Virus record (IMG/VR): IMGVR_UViG_3300011113_000492
Span: 32,001 to 96,000 of that record
Reading direction: 5' to 3' (one strand)
DNA length: 64,000 nucleotides
DNA from: a virus
The number at the start of each line of letters is the position of its first letter. The stretch's first letter is position 1. Below, piece after piece: positions 1 through 9,620 of this stretch. A model generated the notes under the pieces. It was not told the DNA's origin. It saw only the letters and a program-made list of their open reading frames with translations, and ran no database searches. Position numbers and translations under genes: made by a program.

Positions 1-2
1 TA

Positions 3-221
3 ACAGGCGATAAAGGAACTGTAAATTTAACCACTGTTGGTTCATTAAACATTACTAACATTACTCAAAGCGGTGGTGGAGCAAGTGGTCATAATGCTAC
101 TATTAACCTAACTGGATCTAGTAATAGCACCACTATATTACAACAAGGTACTATAGATACTACAGTAAACATAGTAGGTGTTGGTTCGGGAAATACGTTT
201 AATATAACAACTAAGAATTAA
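3..221 (+). CDS. C-terminal part of a curlin-like beta-solenoid repeat protein (5' truncated by window edge)
   Basis: Manual translation TGDKGTVNLTTVGSLNITNITQSGGGASGHNATINLTGSSNSTTILQQGTIDTTVNIVGVGSGNTFNITTKN*; QxG/GxxN repeats; ends 2 nt before the FecR gene. Confidence 0.7.
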   Translation, partial: TGDKGTVNLTTVGSLNITNITQSGGGASGHNATINLTGSSNSTTILQQGTIDTTVNIVGVGSGNTFNITTKN

Positions 222-222
222 A

Positions 223-1335
223 ATGTTATGCAAAACAATAACATTCGCACTCTTGATGATTATATCCGGTATGTCTATAGCAGCATCTATAGGGAAAGTG
301 ACAGATCTGATAAACACTCCTCCCAGTATCCAGAGACAAAAAAGTACTCTGACTGCGGACAAAGGAGTGGGAGTGGAACTGAACGACTCGATAAAGACAG
401 CTCGGGGAAAAGTGGGCATAACTTTTGAAGATGACACTAAAGTACAAATCAATGAAAACTCTAAGTTAGTAATCGATGACTTTGTCTATGACCCAAAAAG
501 TAAAGCAGGTAAGCTAGGAGCTAAAATTGCATTGGGTACTGTTAGATATGCCAGTGGTCAAATTGCAAAAAATAGTCCACAAAACGTTGCATTAAACACA
601 CCCACAGCTACTATCAGTGTTCGTGGAACAGACTTTACAGCAACAGTGGACGAGTTGGGGCAAAGTACAATTATTCTTTTACCTAGTTGCCCCGACAATA
701 AACCTAATAGGACAAAAGAAGACATAGAAAGAAATTGTGTTGTTGGTACAATTATAGTAGAAAGCGACGCAGGACAAGTAATACTCAATCAAGCATTCCA
801 AGCTACAAAAGTTGAAAGTCGTAGTGCTCCTCCCATGAGACCTGCCATTCTTAATTTAAGTGAAGATGCTATTAGTAATATAATACTGTTAAGTCCACCG
901 AAAGAGCTGAGAAAAGAAAACTCCGATAATAAATTAACAACTAAAAATTTTTTAGATGTTGATTTTTTAAAAGAACAAGGATTGGAAAATCAACTTGACC
1001 TGCAACAAGCCAGAATATTTCAAGATAGATTAAGTTATGATTTTTTAGATACTTCATTTTTAAACGGATTGTTTGATATGATTGGCGACATATTAAATGA
1101 AAAATTATTGGATGAAGTAGACACTGTTCTACCAGACTATAGACGTAGCAGTGGCATAATTGCAATCAAAGATGAATCCAGGGTTGAACTATGCAGAAAC
1201 GATGGCAGTAATATTCAATGTGTAGCTACACCGTTTACTCAAAATAGTACCATTTATCAAACACAGGGAACATTGGAATTTAAAAATCGTGTCAATGCGG
1301 GAGGTAATACAATTATTACCTTAATTCAAAGATGA
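223..1335 (+). CDS. FecR-domain exported protein
   Basis: Signal peptide; GVELNDSIKT, F.DDTKVQINENSKLVID, ALNTPTATISVRGTDF are FecR-domain motifs. Confidence 0.85.
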   Translation: MLCKTITFALLMIISGMSIAASIGKVTDLINTPPSIQRQKSTLTADKGVGVELNDSIKTARGKVGITFEDDTKVQINENSKLVIDDFVYDPKSKAGKLGAKIALGTVRYASGQIAKNSPQNVALNTPTATISVRGTDFTATVDELGQSTIILLPSCPDNKPNRTKEDIERNCVVGTIIVESDAGQVILNQAFQATKVESRSAPPMRPAILNLSEDAISNIILLSPPKELRKENSDNKLTTKNFLDVDFLKEQGLENQLDLQQARIFQDRLSYDFLDTSFLNGLFDMIGDILNEKLLDEVDTVLPDYRRSSGIIAIKDESRVELCRNDGSNIQCVATPFTQNSTIYQTQGTLEFKNRVNAGGNTIITLIQR

Positions 1336-2639
1336 TTAAATTTGTAGTATCTGTTATGTTGTTTATATTTTCTGTTAATGCACATTCTGCATTGACAGAT
1401 ATAAAATTTGGTAGATATCAAATTGCTGACAGTCAATGGAATGTCAGTGCCTGTTTAAATACCACCACTTGTCAAATTTATAGTAAACAACCAGGAACCG
1501 CATATAAAATTCCGTGGACATCGGGACAGATAAGTTGGGCCGCAGGCGACTATGTAAAATTTGAACTCAGTGGCAATGCCAGTTATCCCTATTTGGCAAA
1601 ACAATACAATAGCCTAGGACAATTAAAAGCAACAGTTGGCACTGGTAAAATTGTTAACATGGGTCCAGATTATTTCTTCTTTGTGGGCAATGACAATAAT
1701 ACCGGACAATTATTCAGTGGTAGTAGCGGTATGAGCGGTACTGGTGGTGTGTCGTGGACAGGGACACTGAATCCAACTATAGCACAGGCCGATGCTTATG
1801 CAAATGCGAACTACAGCACTGAGCCGTTGGGAGCAGGACAAACAGCCACAACTACTCCAAATAATGCAGGCGGTGGAGGCGGCGGCCCAGTTTATTCGTC
1901 TAACATAACTGCGGCACAGCAGACAAGGGTAAATGCTTGGGCAGCTAAAACTATTACCGACAATGGTATATACATTGATCAAGTGGGCAATAACAATAGT
2001 CTAACTATTGTTCAAACTGGAAATAAAAATCTTATTACAGGCATTGGCCAACAAGCAGCTAAAATTCAGGGAGATCAAAATAGCTTAACCATTAATCAAG
2101 GTGTAACCAGCACAGGACAAAATGAAATAGGACTGCGAGTTATTGGAAATTCAAATACTATCAATATAGGACAAGCCAGAGATCATACAGGCACGGCCTT
2201 AGGCAGCAACGGCCATTATCTGTCATTGGATATTTACGGAAGTACAAACAACTTAACTACTCAGCAATCTAATTCGGGAGGAGTGGGCGGCCATTACATG
2301 GAAACAACTATATCAGGTAACAATAATATTATTACCAATAAGCAATTAGATAATGGTAATAAAATTATGTTCGGCACAGTGACCAATGGATCAAATAACA
2401 ATGTCACGGCTGTGCAACAGGGCACAGGTCAACATTATTTAGACTACAAGCTAACGGGCAACGGACATACTGCAAATATTAATCAAACTGGATCAACACA
2501 GAATAAAGCAACTATAGATTTAACCAATGCAGGTGGAGCTGCCACACTTAATCTAACTCAAAACGGCAATCAAATATTTTCTATAACTCAGAGTTGCAGC
2601 ATGGTGGGCGGATGTGCAACCACAGTGGTGCAGCCGTAA
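1332..2639 (+). CDS. Secreted protein with N-terminal globular domain, poly-Gly linker and curlin-like repeats
   Basis: Signal peptide; repeated QxGxxNxxxxxQ units (IDQVGNNNSLTIVQTGNKN, IQGDQNSLTINQG). Confidence 0.7.
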   Translation: MIKFVVSVMLFIFSVNAHSALTDIKFGRYQIADSQWNVSACLNTTTCQIYSKQPGTAYKIPWTSGQISWAAGDYVKFELSGNASYPYLAKQYNSLGQLKATVGTGKIVNMGPDYFFFVGNDNNTGQLFSGSSGMSGTGGVSWTGTLNPTIAQADAYANANYSTEPLGAGQTATTTPNNAGGGGGGPVYSSNITAAQQTRVNAWAAKTITDNGIYIDQVGNNNSLTIVQTGNKNLITGIGQQAAKIQGDQNSLTINQGVTSTGQNEIGLRVIGNSNTINIGQARDHTGTALGSNGHYLSLDIYGSTNNLTTQQSNSGGVGGHYMETTISGNNNIITNKQLDNGNKIMFGTVTNGSNNNVTAVQQGTGQHYLDYKLTGNGHTANINQTGSTQNKATIDLTNAGGAATLNLTQNGNQIFSITQSCSMVGGCATTVVQP

Positions 2640-2643
2640 TAAT

Positions 2644-2673
2644 TTGACTGGTTGGTTACTAATACTATATAAT
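2644..2673 (+). promoter_or_regulatory. sigma70-type promoter, probably leaderless
   Basis: TTGACT-18-TATAAT, ATG 5 nt downstream at 2679. Confidence 0.6.
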
Positions 2674-2678
2674 TGTGT

Positions 2679-3503
2679 ATGGACACAAAACTTCAAGTAT
2701 TTGGGGGCCTGGGATTCGTTGGCTCCAATTTTGTTAAACAATATCCCGATGTTATAGTCAATGATCGCAATGATTACACTGTAAAATCCAAAAATATCTT
2801 ATATCTAATCAGTACCATTAGCAACTATAATATGCTCACAGACCCGTATGTGGATATTAATACCAATTTAACCACATTAATGCGTGTACTAGAACAATGC
2901 AAGGATCAGGATGTAACATTTAATTTTGTCAGCAGTTGGTTTGTCTATGGGGACACTGAAATGCCTGCTCAGGAAAACAGTCCTTGTAGGCCAACTGGAT
3001 TTTATAGTATAACAAAAAAAGCAGCAGAAGATTTATTAGTCTGTTATGCCAAAGTTTTTAATATCAAATATAGAATATTACGGTTAGCAAATGTAGTAGG
3101 CCCAGGCGATCCAAAAGCCAGCCTACAAAAAAATGCACTGCAATTTTTAATCAACGAAATTAAAGACAACAAGGATATCAAAATCTACGATGGTGGTAAT
3201 ATGTATAGGGATTATATGCATGTCATTGACGTAGCAAGAGCAATTAAATTAGTGATAGACCAGGGAGATATTAACACTGTATATAATATCGGTAACGGAA
3301 AGCCTATTAAGTTTAAAACTATAATCGAATACGCACACACCATTACCAATAGTTCCGGAAGATTGATTAACATCGAACCTCCCGAATTTCATAAAATTGT
3401 TCAAGTTCATAGTATGTTTATGAACACAGAAAAATTAAAAAAATTGGGGTACAAGCCTTTGTATTCTATGGAACAGATTGTGGAAGACATGATTCCTCGC
3501 TAA
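2679..3503 (+). CDS. NAD-dependent epimerase/dehydratase (extended SDR)
   Basis: GGLGFVGS dinucleotide motif, SSWFVYG, YSITK (YxxxK), RDYMHVIDV; start set to ATG 2679. Confidence 0.9.
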   Translation: MDTKLQVFGGLGFVGSNFVKQYPDVIVNDRNDYTVKSKNILYLISTISNYNMLTDPYVDINTNLTTLMRVLEQCKDQDVTFNFVSSWFVYGDTEMPAQENSPCRPTGFYSITKKAAEDLLVCYAKVFNIKYRILRLANVVGPGDPKASLQKNALQFLINEIKDNKDIKIYDGGNMYRDYMHVIDVARAIKLVIDQGDINTVYNIGNGKPIKFKTIIEYAHTITNSSGRLINIEPPEFHKIVQVHSMFMNTEKLKKLGYKPLYSMEQIVEDMIPR

Positions 3504-3513
3504 ATACTAGACT

Positions 3514-4872
3514 ATGATTATACGCGGTAGCACAATTAGGGGTGTAAGAGTTGCAGCAATTACAGTTCCATCCAGTCAAGTTGAATTTACAACACCTGGC
3601 ACTTATTCGTGGACAGCACCGGCCGGTGTTACTTCAGTGAGTGCAGTATGTATCGGCGGCGGCGGAGCAGGAACTCGAGGCACCAGTCCTAGTGATGTAG
3701 ATCAATTACGCAGAGGCGGTGGTGCTGGTGGCTTAGGGTGGAAAAATAATATTCCAGTTACTCCCGGACAGACTTATACTGTAGTAGTGGGAGCCGGCGG
3801 AACTACATTGGCCACTGGTACTCCAGTATCGACTTCGTCCAACTCTGTACAGATTGTAAATTCTGGCACAGTTAGTTTTACACTAGATAGCCCGACAACT
3901 TTTGCTTTATACAACGACATAAAAGTGTCGCCCATAGCAAATCCCAGTTACTATATGTTAGGTACTATAACATCTTTGTCTGCTAATAAAACTAGTCTAA
4001 CAATGTTGGTAGAAGGCCAAGTGGGCACTGGAATTTATTTAGGTTGGAACTTGTATTTTCAGGGCGAAGTTGGTCAAGCTGGCAATACTAGCTATTTTAT
4101 AAGTTCGAACACTGTGGCTGGACTTGGGGGACAAGGCGGCAGCAATTTTGCTAACGGGGCAATAGGCGGTGGATATGTTGGTGATGGCGGTGGCACTGGA
4201 GGACAGGGCGGCCGAGCCCCCAATAATCCAGCATCTTTAAGTGGTGGTGTTGTATATAGAGTTGGTGGCGGATCTGGAGGTAGTACAGCAGGATATTCCG
4301 GTAACGGTGGTAATGCAGGAACAGACGGTTCTACATTAAACTCGTCAAATCCAAGGAATATTGTTTTACCGACAGCGGGTACAGGAGGCGGCGCCGGCGG
4401 ATCGTGGAATAGGACTCCTACCAATTTTGTACCAGGTCCAGGTGGGTTAAGTCCTTATGATTATAGTTTTGGTGCTGGTAGTGGTGGTTCGGGTGTGGGT
4501 CTGAATGGTCAAGGATCATCGGGTGGATACTGGCGTTCGTCAACACAAACCTACATAACTTCAGGAAATGCCACAGCCTACGGAATCGACGAAGGAGCAG
4601 TAGGACAATCTGGCAGTGGTGGTGGCCCGACAATTACAGGACAAAGTTATCCGGGCATAGGCGACGGATTTGGCGCTGTGGGGGTATACAATTCAAACAC
4701 TTTACAACGAGGCGGCGATGGAGGCTTATACGGTGCAGGAGGCGGATCTGTTGGTCCACAAATGATATTCAATCCAACCAATGATAGAATTGGATTCGGA
4801 GGCAATGGCGCAGTACGACTTATTTGGGGTCCTGGTAGATCATTTCCCAGTACAAACACAGCCAACGTGTAA
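3514..4872 (+). CDS. Glycine-rich virion protein (tail fibre-like)
   Basis: FTTPGTYSWTAPAGVTSVSAVCIGGGG ... GGNGAVRLIWG Gly-rich domain; TAAATA 7 nt upstream. Confidence 0.7.
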   Translation: MIIRGSTIRGVRVAAITVPSSQVEFTTPGTYSWTAPAGVTSVSAVCIGGGGAGTRGTSPSDVDQLRRGGGAGGLGWKNNIPVTPGQTYTVVVGAGGTTLATGTPVSTSSNSVQIVNSGTVSFTLDSPTTFALYNDIKVSPIANPSYYMLGTITSLSANKTSLTMLVEGQVGTGIYLGWNLYFQGEVGQAGNTSYFISSNTVAGLGGQGGSNFANGAIGGGYVGDGGGTGGQGGRAPNNPASLSGGVVYRVGGGSGGSTAGYSGNGGNAGTDGSTLNSSNPRNIVLPTAGTGGGAGGSWNRTPTNFVPGPGGLSPYDYSFGAGSGGSGVGLNGQGSSGGYWRSSTQTYITSGNATAYGIDEGAVGQSGSGGGPTITGQSYPGIGDGFGAVGVYNSNTLQRGGDGGLYGAGGGSVGPQMIFNPTNDRIGFGGNGAVRLIWGPGRSFPSTNTANV

Positions 4873-4881
4873 AGACATACC

Positions 4882-6936
4882 ATGAATCATAAACTTAAAA
4901 AACTATTGTTAAGTCCCTGGACTGCGCTGTTAACATTAGCACTTATTTTAAGTATAAGAATTGCCGATCCCGCTTTTATAGAAAGTGTGAGATTAAGATA
5001 CTTTGACACTCTTATCACACAAAAAACTTCTACGGACAACAATATATACACAGTCAATATAGATGAATCTAGTCTAGAAAAGTACGGCCAATGGCCATTA
5101 CCGAGGACAGAATATGCGAAAATTATTCAAGACCTTTATGCTCGCAATGCTGGCCTTGTTGTTCTCAATGTTCTTATGGCTGAGCCTGATCGTACTGGTG
5201 GAGATGGCGATCTTAGTGCCATACTTAAAAAGTATCCTGTAGTATTAGGTTCTGTGCCTAGTAACAAAACAAAAAATGAGCCGCGAGTTCCTGGATCAGC
5301 GGTCCTAGGCCCAGAATGGATGGACCAAATCGTTACATATCCAGGACTGATTGCCAACGTTCCTAAATTAGAAAATAATGCCGCAGGGGTCGGTATAGTG
5401 AACACACTACCAGAAGTAGACGGTGTTAATCGCCGTGTTCCTTTAATTGTAACTGTTGATGGAAAACTATATCCCGGACTGGCATTGGAAACATTGCGTG
5501 TGGCTACAGGCAATGACACATTTCAAGTTAAGTTATTCGAAGGAGGCGTTGAGAAAATGCGATTGCCTGGAGAAGTTGGAGTCATCAACACAGACAATCT
5601 TGGTCGCATATGGATTGATTGGAGCCAACAGAATAAATCGGTTAGCTTAACAAACTTACCAAAAGATTTTAATCGTGCTATTGTTGTAGTAGGACCCACT
5701 GCCGCTGGTATTGCTAATCCGATTCCAACTAGTAAAGGTGCAATATTTCCGCATGATGTACAAGCTGGCGTAATTGCTACAATAGCTAACGGTGTTGTTA
5801 TTCAGCGTCCGGACTATGCGGATGGCTTAGAAATTATTGCTATTGCAGTTTCGGGATTGTTATTACTGTTTTTAACAAGGTGGACTTATGTTGGACTTGC
5901 GTCGGTTATTGTATTGGTCGCTGGCGGTATTGCTGGCAGTTACTATGCTTACAGCAACTTTTTATTCTTATTTGACAGTACTGCCTTTGCAGTTAGCACA
6001 GTCCTGGTCGCTTTGCATGCCTACGGTGTCAAGTTTGTCTCAGAGTTCTTACAAAAGCAGGCCATAAAGAAACAATTTGCTGGCTACTGCTCAAAAGAAG
6101 TAGTGGAGATGTTACAAAAAGATCCGGACTTAATCAAGCGTGGTGTGCGTAAAGACGTATCGGTCATGTTCAGTGACCTACGTGGCTTTACACCTATCGG
6201 CGAACACTACGGAGATGATGTTGCTGGACTGGGCAAATACATGAATGGTTACATGGACAGCATCAGCAAGCCTATCATGGATAACAAAGGCATGGTCATC
6301 AAATATGTAGGTGATGCAAGTATGCACATACATGGTGCTCCTATTGAAGATCCCGACCACGCTCGCACTATCGTTAAGGTAGGATTAGAAATGTTAGATG
6401 CTGTTGACGAGTATACCAAGCTGATGGAAGCACAGGGCTTACCACCAGCCGCCATGGGCTGGGGTTGTAACACAGGTATTGGCTTTATTGGCGAGATGGG
6501 CAGCACTGATAGACACAGCTATGACATTTTGGGTGACATGGTTTCAACTGCGGCACGACTAGAAGCACGTTGTAAGGCCTATGGTGTGTTGGCTATCATT
6601 GGTGCTGAAACATATAATAGAACTAAAGACGACTTCTTCTATTTGTTGTTGGACAACTTACAACCTAAGGGAAAGACCGTGGCAGACTTAATCTATACAG
6701 TGATACGACCACGTGGTGAAGATTACAGTAAAGATCGAGAACAACACGAAGCAATGCATGCCTTGTATAAGGCTAAGAAATTTGACGAAGCTGCCGCTAT
6801 GTGTAAGAAGATGAAAGGTACCTTCGGTGGACAAATGGACAAGTACTACAAGATATGGATTGAACGCTGCGAATTTATGAAGCAACAGGATTTAGGTCCA
6901 ACTTGGAACGGCGAATTTATAGCGCACGAAAAATAA
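4882..6936 (+). CDS. CHASE2-domain membrane adenylate cyclase (class III)
   Basis: N-terminal TM, CHASE2-like region (VNIDESSLEKYGQWPLPR), 3 TM helices, MFSDLRGFT, KYVGDA, YDILGDMVSTAARLE. Confidence 0.9.
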   Translation: MNHKLKKLLLSPWTALLTLALILSIRIADPAFIESVRLRYFDTLITQKTSTDNNIYTVNIDESSLEKYGQWPLPRTEYAKIIQDLYARNAGLVVLNVLMAEPDRTGGDGDLSAILKKYPVVLGSVPSNKTKNEPRVPGSAVLGPEWMDQIVTYPGLIANVPKLENNAAGVGIVNTLPEVDGVNRRVPLIVTVDGKLYPGLALETLRVATGNDTFQVKLFEGGVEKMRLPGEVGVINTDNLGRIWIDWSQQNKSVSLTNLPKDFNRAIVVVGPTAAGIANPIPTSKGAIFPHDVQAGVIATIANGVVIQRPDYADGLEIIAIAVSGLLLLFLTRWTYVGLASVIVLVAGGIAGSYYAYSNFLFLFDSTAFAVSTVLVALHAYGVKFVSEFLQKQAIKKQFAGYCSKEVVEMLQKDPDLIKRGVRKDVSVMFSDLRGFTPIGEHYGDDVAGLGKYMNGYMDSISKPIMDNKGMVIKYVGDASMHIHGAPIEDPDHARTIVKVGLEMLDAVDEYTKLMEAQGLPPAAMGWGCNTGIGFIGEMGSTDRHSYDILGDMVSTAARLEARCKAYGVLAIIGAETYNRTKDDFFYLLLDNLQPKGKTVADLIYTVIRPRGEDYSKDREQHEAMHALYKAKKFDEAAAMCKKMKGTFGGQMDKYYKIWIERCEFMKQQDLGPTWNGEFIAHEK

Positions 6937-6940
6937 TTTT

Positions 6941-7330
6941 TTAGCCTTCGCCGGCTGCTGCTGTTTTCTTATCTTCTTCGTCGATTTTTTGGCTTGTTGT
7001 CTTAGCTTTTTCTTCATCCATACGCACAGCTTTGTCGAATTGTTTTGCTGCTTCACGCTCAACTTTAACACCTTCCATAACACGGTCCGACTCAATCATT
7101 TTACCGCGCAGGTGCAATACTGTGTTAACTTTCTGATTTAACCGAATAAGGTCATTGTCCAACATACGTATACGATCTATTAGGGCAATAAGCACAGTGT
7201 TAGCTTCACTGATAACTGGTTTAACTTCTTTGGTTGACCATTCCCACACATATTTTATAATATATCCTAATCCCACGGCCATAACAATCGGAAAACCATA
7301 TTTGTTGATTAAGTCTATAATCTGGTCCAT
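6941..7330 (-). CDS. Small membrane protein, YvrJ-like/holin-like, paralogue of 8140-8421
   Basis: IDLINKYGFPIVMAVGLGY TM start followed by coiled coil. Confidence 0.6.
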   Translation of the reverse strand: MDQIIDLINKYGFPIVMAVGLGYIIKYVWEWSTKEVKPVISEANTVLIALIDRIRMLDNDLIRLNQKVNTVLHLRGKMIESDRVMEGVKVEREAAKQFDKAVRMDEEKAKTTSQKIDEEDKKTAAAGEG

Positions 7331-7920
7331 TATTTTACTTTCTTACAATTATCAAAGTGGTATCTGTTCATATTATGACCTTCTTTGCCTGTTACTCCGC
7401 AATGTGGGCACTGTACAGTAGACTTGTTTGCCCATGACTCGGATATTTTCTTTTTAACTTTCGGATCATTTAATGCTTTTAGTACTGCATCTTTATGAGA
7501 TGCAGATTTTGATTGTCCTTTAAGGGCAGAAGCATAGGTGTTTCCTATCATGTCAGATCTGTTTTTTCCTGTTTTACCATCTGATATTTTCTTTTTAGTT
7601 TCGTCGGATCTTTTGCGTCCTTTAAGGACGGAGGCATTTTTATTTCCTACAGCCCATGGCGCAGATCTTCCTGTCAATGCCTTGGATATTTTTTCTTTGT
7701 GATCTTCGCTTTTGGGCGATTTTAGAATTTCACTAATTATCTCGCGCCCGGTCATAATCTTAGATAATCCCATCCATGCTCGTTTATCTTGAACCCTGCC
7801 ATATTGTTTATATAATAGTCGATGCGCTTCTGCATGTTCTTCGATAGATAATTCTATTAAATTATCAGGGTCATCTGTGCCGCCAGCATGTTTGGGTATA
7901 ATATGATGTTTGTGTTTCAT
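7330..7920 (-). mobile_element. Free-standing HNH homing endonuclease gene with NUMOD3-like repeats
   Basis: HKHHIIPKHAGGTDDPDNLIELSIEEHAEAHRLL (HNH); repeated SEDHKEKISKAL / SDETKKKISD; C-terminal CPHC; own TAAATA 5 nt before ATG. Confidence 0.9.
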
Positions 7921-7928
7921 ATCATTAT

Positions 7929-8135
7929 TTATGTTTGGGAATGGTTTTTTGAGTTTTGTCCGTCCATTAGAAATTTCACCAACGGATCTACTTTAACCAG
8001 CATTTTATTTCCGTACGGTGATTCAATTACTTGCCAAAAATCTCCTGTTTTCCACTCTAACTTATCTGTGTCTAATTCTTGATCTGGCATAATTAAAGTA
8101 GGTGTTAAATCCCATACATAATCGACATATTTCAT
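7929..8135 (-). CDS. Hypothetical protein (68 aa)
   Basis: ATG at 8135 follows the upstream stop; MKYVDYVWDL... Confidence 0.6.
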   Translation of the reverse strand: MKYVDYVWDLTPTLIMPDQELDTDKLEWKTGDFWQVIESPYGNKMLVKVDPLVKFLMDGQNSKNHSQT

Positions 8136-8139
8136 TATT

Positions 8140-8421
8140 TTAGTCCCTGCGAGCATCGTTTTTGCCATCGGCCCTAGCAATACGGTCTACGTCCGGACGC
8201 AAACCTAAAGCATTCGAAACAATAGTATCAATACGTACTACGTCATGATTCATTGTTTTAACACGATTATCTAACGCTGTGATAATACCAGCCATTCCCC
8301 TAATAGAACCCAATACGCCCTGTAATAACAGTTTAATAGTCAAGTAAACAAAATATCCACCAGCCAGTGCTACTGCAATAGGGAATCCTAGATCTCCTAT
8401 TAATTTGAAAATATCTCCCAT
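8140..8421 (-). CDS. Small membrane protein, YvrJ-like/holin-like
   Basis: FKLIGDLGFPIAVALAGGY; AAGGAG RBS and TAAATA upstream on the - strand. Confidence 0.7.
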   Translation of the reverse strand: MGDIFKLIGDLGFPIAVALAGGYFVYLTIKLLLQGVLGSIRGMAGIITALDNRVKTMNHDVVRIDTIVSNALGLRPDVDRIARADGKNDARRD

Positions 8422-8461
8422 TTGACGGCTCCTTTTATATCATCGAAAGCTTATTGATTAT

Positions 8462-9619
8462 TTATTTGTACAAAATGTTTTTAACTTGATCAAATTTGAT
8501 ATTAGAAATATTAACTTTGCTGTCAGTAAAATCACAAAGAACTTGACGAAAGTTGTCAACTAATTCATTAACTATAAGAGTTTTAAAGTTTCCGTAAAAA
8601 TGGTTAAAGTTATAATCTACTGTAGACTTTACATCGACATACATATCATTGAGTTGGGAGTTTGACATCGAACAAAGTTTTTCTATTTGTTCAGTGATTA
8701 GCAATATTCTTTTATCTGGATCTAATTCATTGTCGTAACTTTCGTCTATCCAGCGATCAAAAGTTTTAAAACCGTAGCTTTTTAAATATGCAAGATTGCC
8801 CGGAGCACCTACTAAAATAAATGGTCTTTTCGACACAATTGGTTTAAAGATCTTTTCAGTGAGATGTAATTTGTGATCATAAAACACCGTTTCGGTGACT
8901 ACGTGCCAAAGAGCAGATTTATGCATAGAAATTTCTGCTATTCCTGTGTTAGCACTAGCGTGTCCTGGAGGATTGTCGGAATCTATAATTAATCCGTCTT
9001 TTAATTTTCCGATATTTTGCTCAACTCGGGCTTTGGCTTCTGGACTTAATCTTGACTGCGGATCCAGAAGTTCTTCCTGCCACGTTCCCAGTCCGTTGTC
9101 TCGTAATATTAAACTTACATGGCCGTGCTTTAAAAGATTCTTTTCATATAAATGACTTACTAAATTTAATCGATAACTTCTATCTTTTGTCACTAGTCTG
9201 TTGTAGCTAATAAATACTTTTGTGAAATGATTTTCGAATGTGGGTATATATTGATAGTCTCTGTACCAAGCTAGTGCAGCAAATCCATGAAAGAAATAAT
9301 ACCAATTTTTAAATTTAGTTTGTAGACATATATTGTCTACTAAATCTGATTTTTCGCTGTTGGCAAAAATTATTTCTTTGTTTGGAATTAGTTGTAATGA
9401 CTTATGATTTGCAATACAAGTTTGTACAATATTAGCATTTATAGGTTCTTGATCATAAAAAAAGCAATGATTTTTATAAAGTCTAATTTCTTCATGTATA
9501 CCAAACGCCAGATCATTGACAGCAGTGCTGCCGAATGGAAAAAAATAGCAGTCGGCTAGGTTTGCGGGTTTAAGTAAATTTGTGTATAATATAAGATATA
9601 AATTCTCTAAGGAAAACAT
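8462..9619 (-). CDS. Putative glycosyltransferase-like protein
   Basis: HVVTETVFY...LTEKIFKPIVSKRPFILVG...LKSYGFKTF motif resembles the GT10-like C-terminal fold common in large phages. Confidence 0.55.
   Translation of the reverse strand: MFSLENLYLILYTNLLKPANLADCYFFPFGSTAVNDLAFGIHEEIRLYKNHCFFYDQEPINANIVQTCIANHKSLQLIPNKEIIFANSEKSDLVDNICLQTKFKNWYYFFHGFAALAWYRDYQYIPTFENHFTKVFISYNRLVTKDRSYRLNLVSHLYEKNLLKHGHVSLILRDNGLGTWQEELLDPQSRLSPEAKARVEQNIGKLKDGLIIDSDNPPGHASANTGIAEISMHKSALWHVVTETVFYDHKLHLTEKIFKPIVSKRPFILVGAPGNLAYLKSYGFKTFDRWIDESYDNELDPDKRILLITEQIEKLCSMSNSQLNDMYVDVKSTVDYNFNHFYGNFKTLIVNELVDNFRQVLCDFTDSKVNISNIKFDQVKNILYK
9562..9590 (+). promoter_or_regulatory. sigma70-type promoter for the ugd cluster, inside the opposite-strand gene
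   Basis: TTGCGG-17-TATAAT. Confidence 0.55.
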
Positions 9620-9620
9620 T

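Noticed and set aside
4882-6936. Cyclase as a Pycsar-type cCMP/cUMP defence enzyme
   Set aside because: It has ATP-specifying Lys/Asp, a CHASE2-TM sensor architecture and no adjacent effector.
7330-7920. HNH gene as part of a group I intron
   Set aside because: Both flanking genes are complete ORFs that abut it, leaving no room for an intron core.
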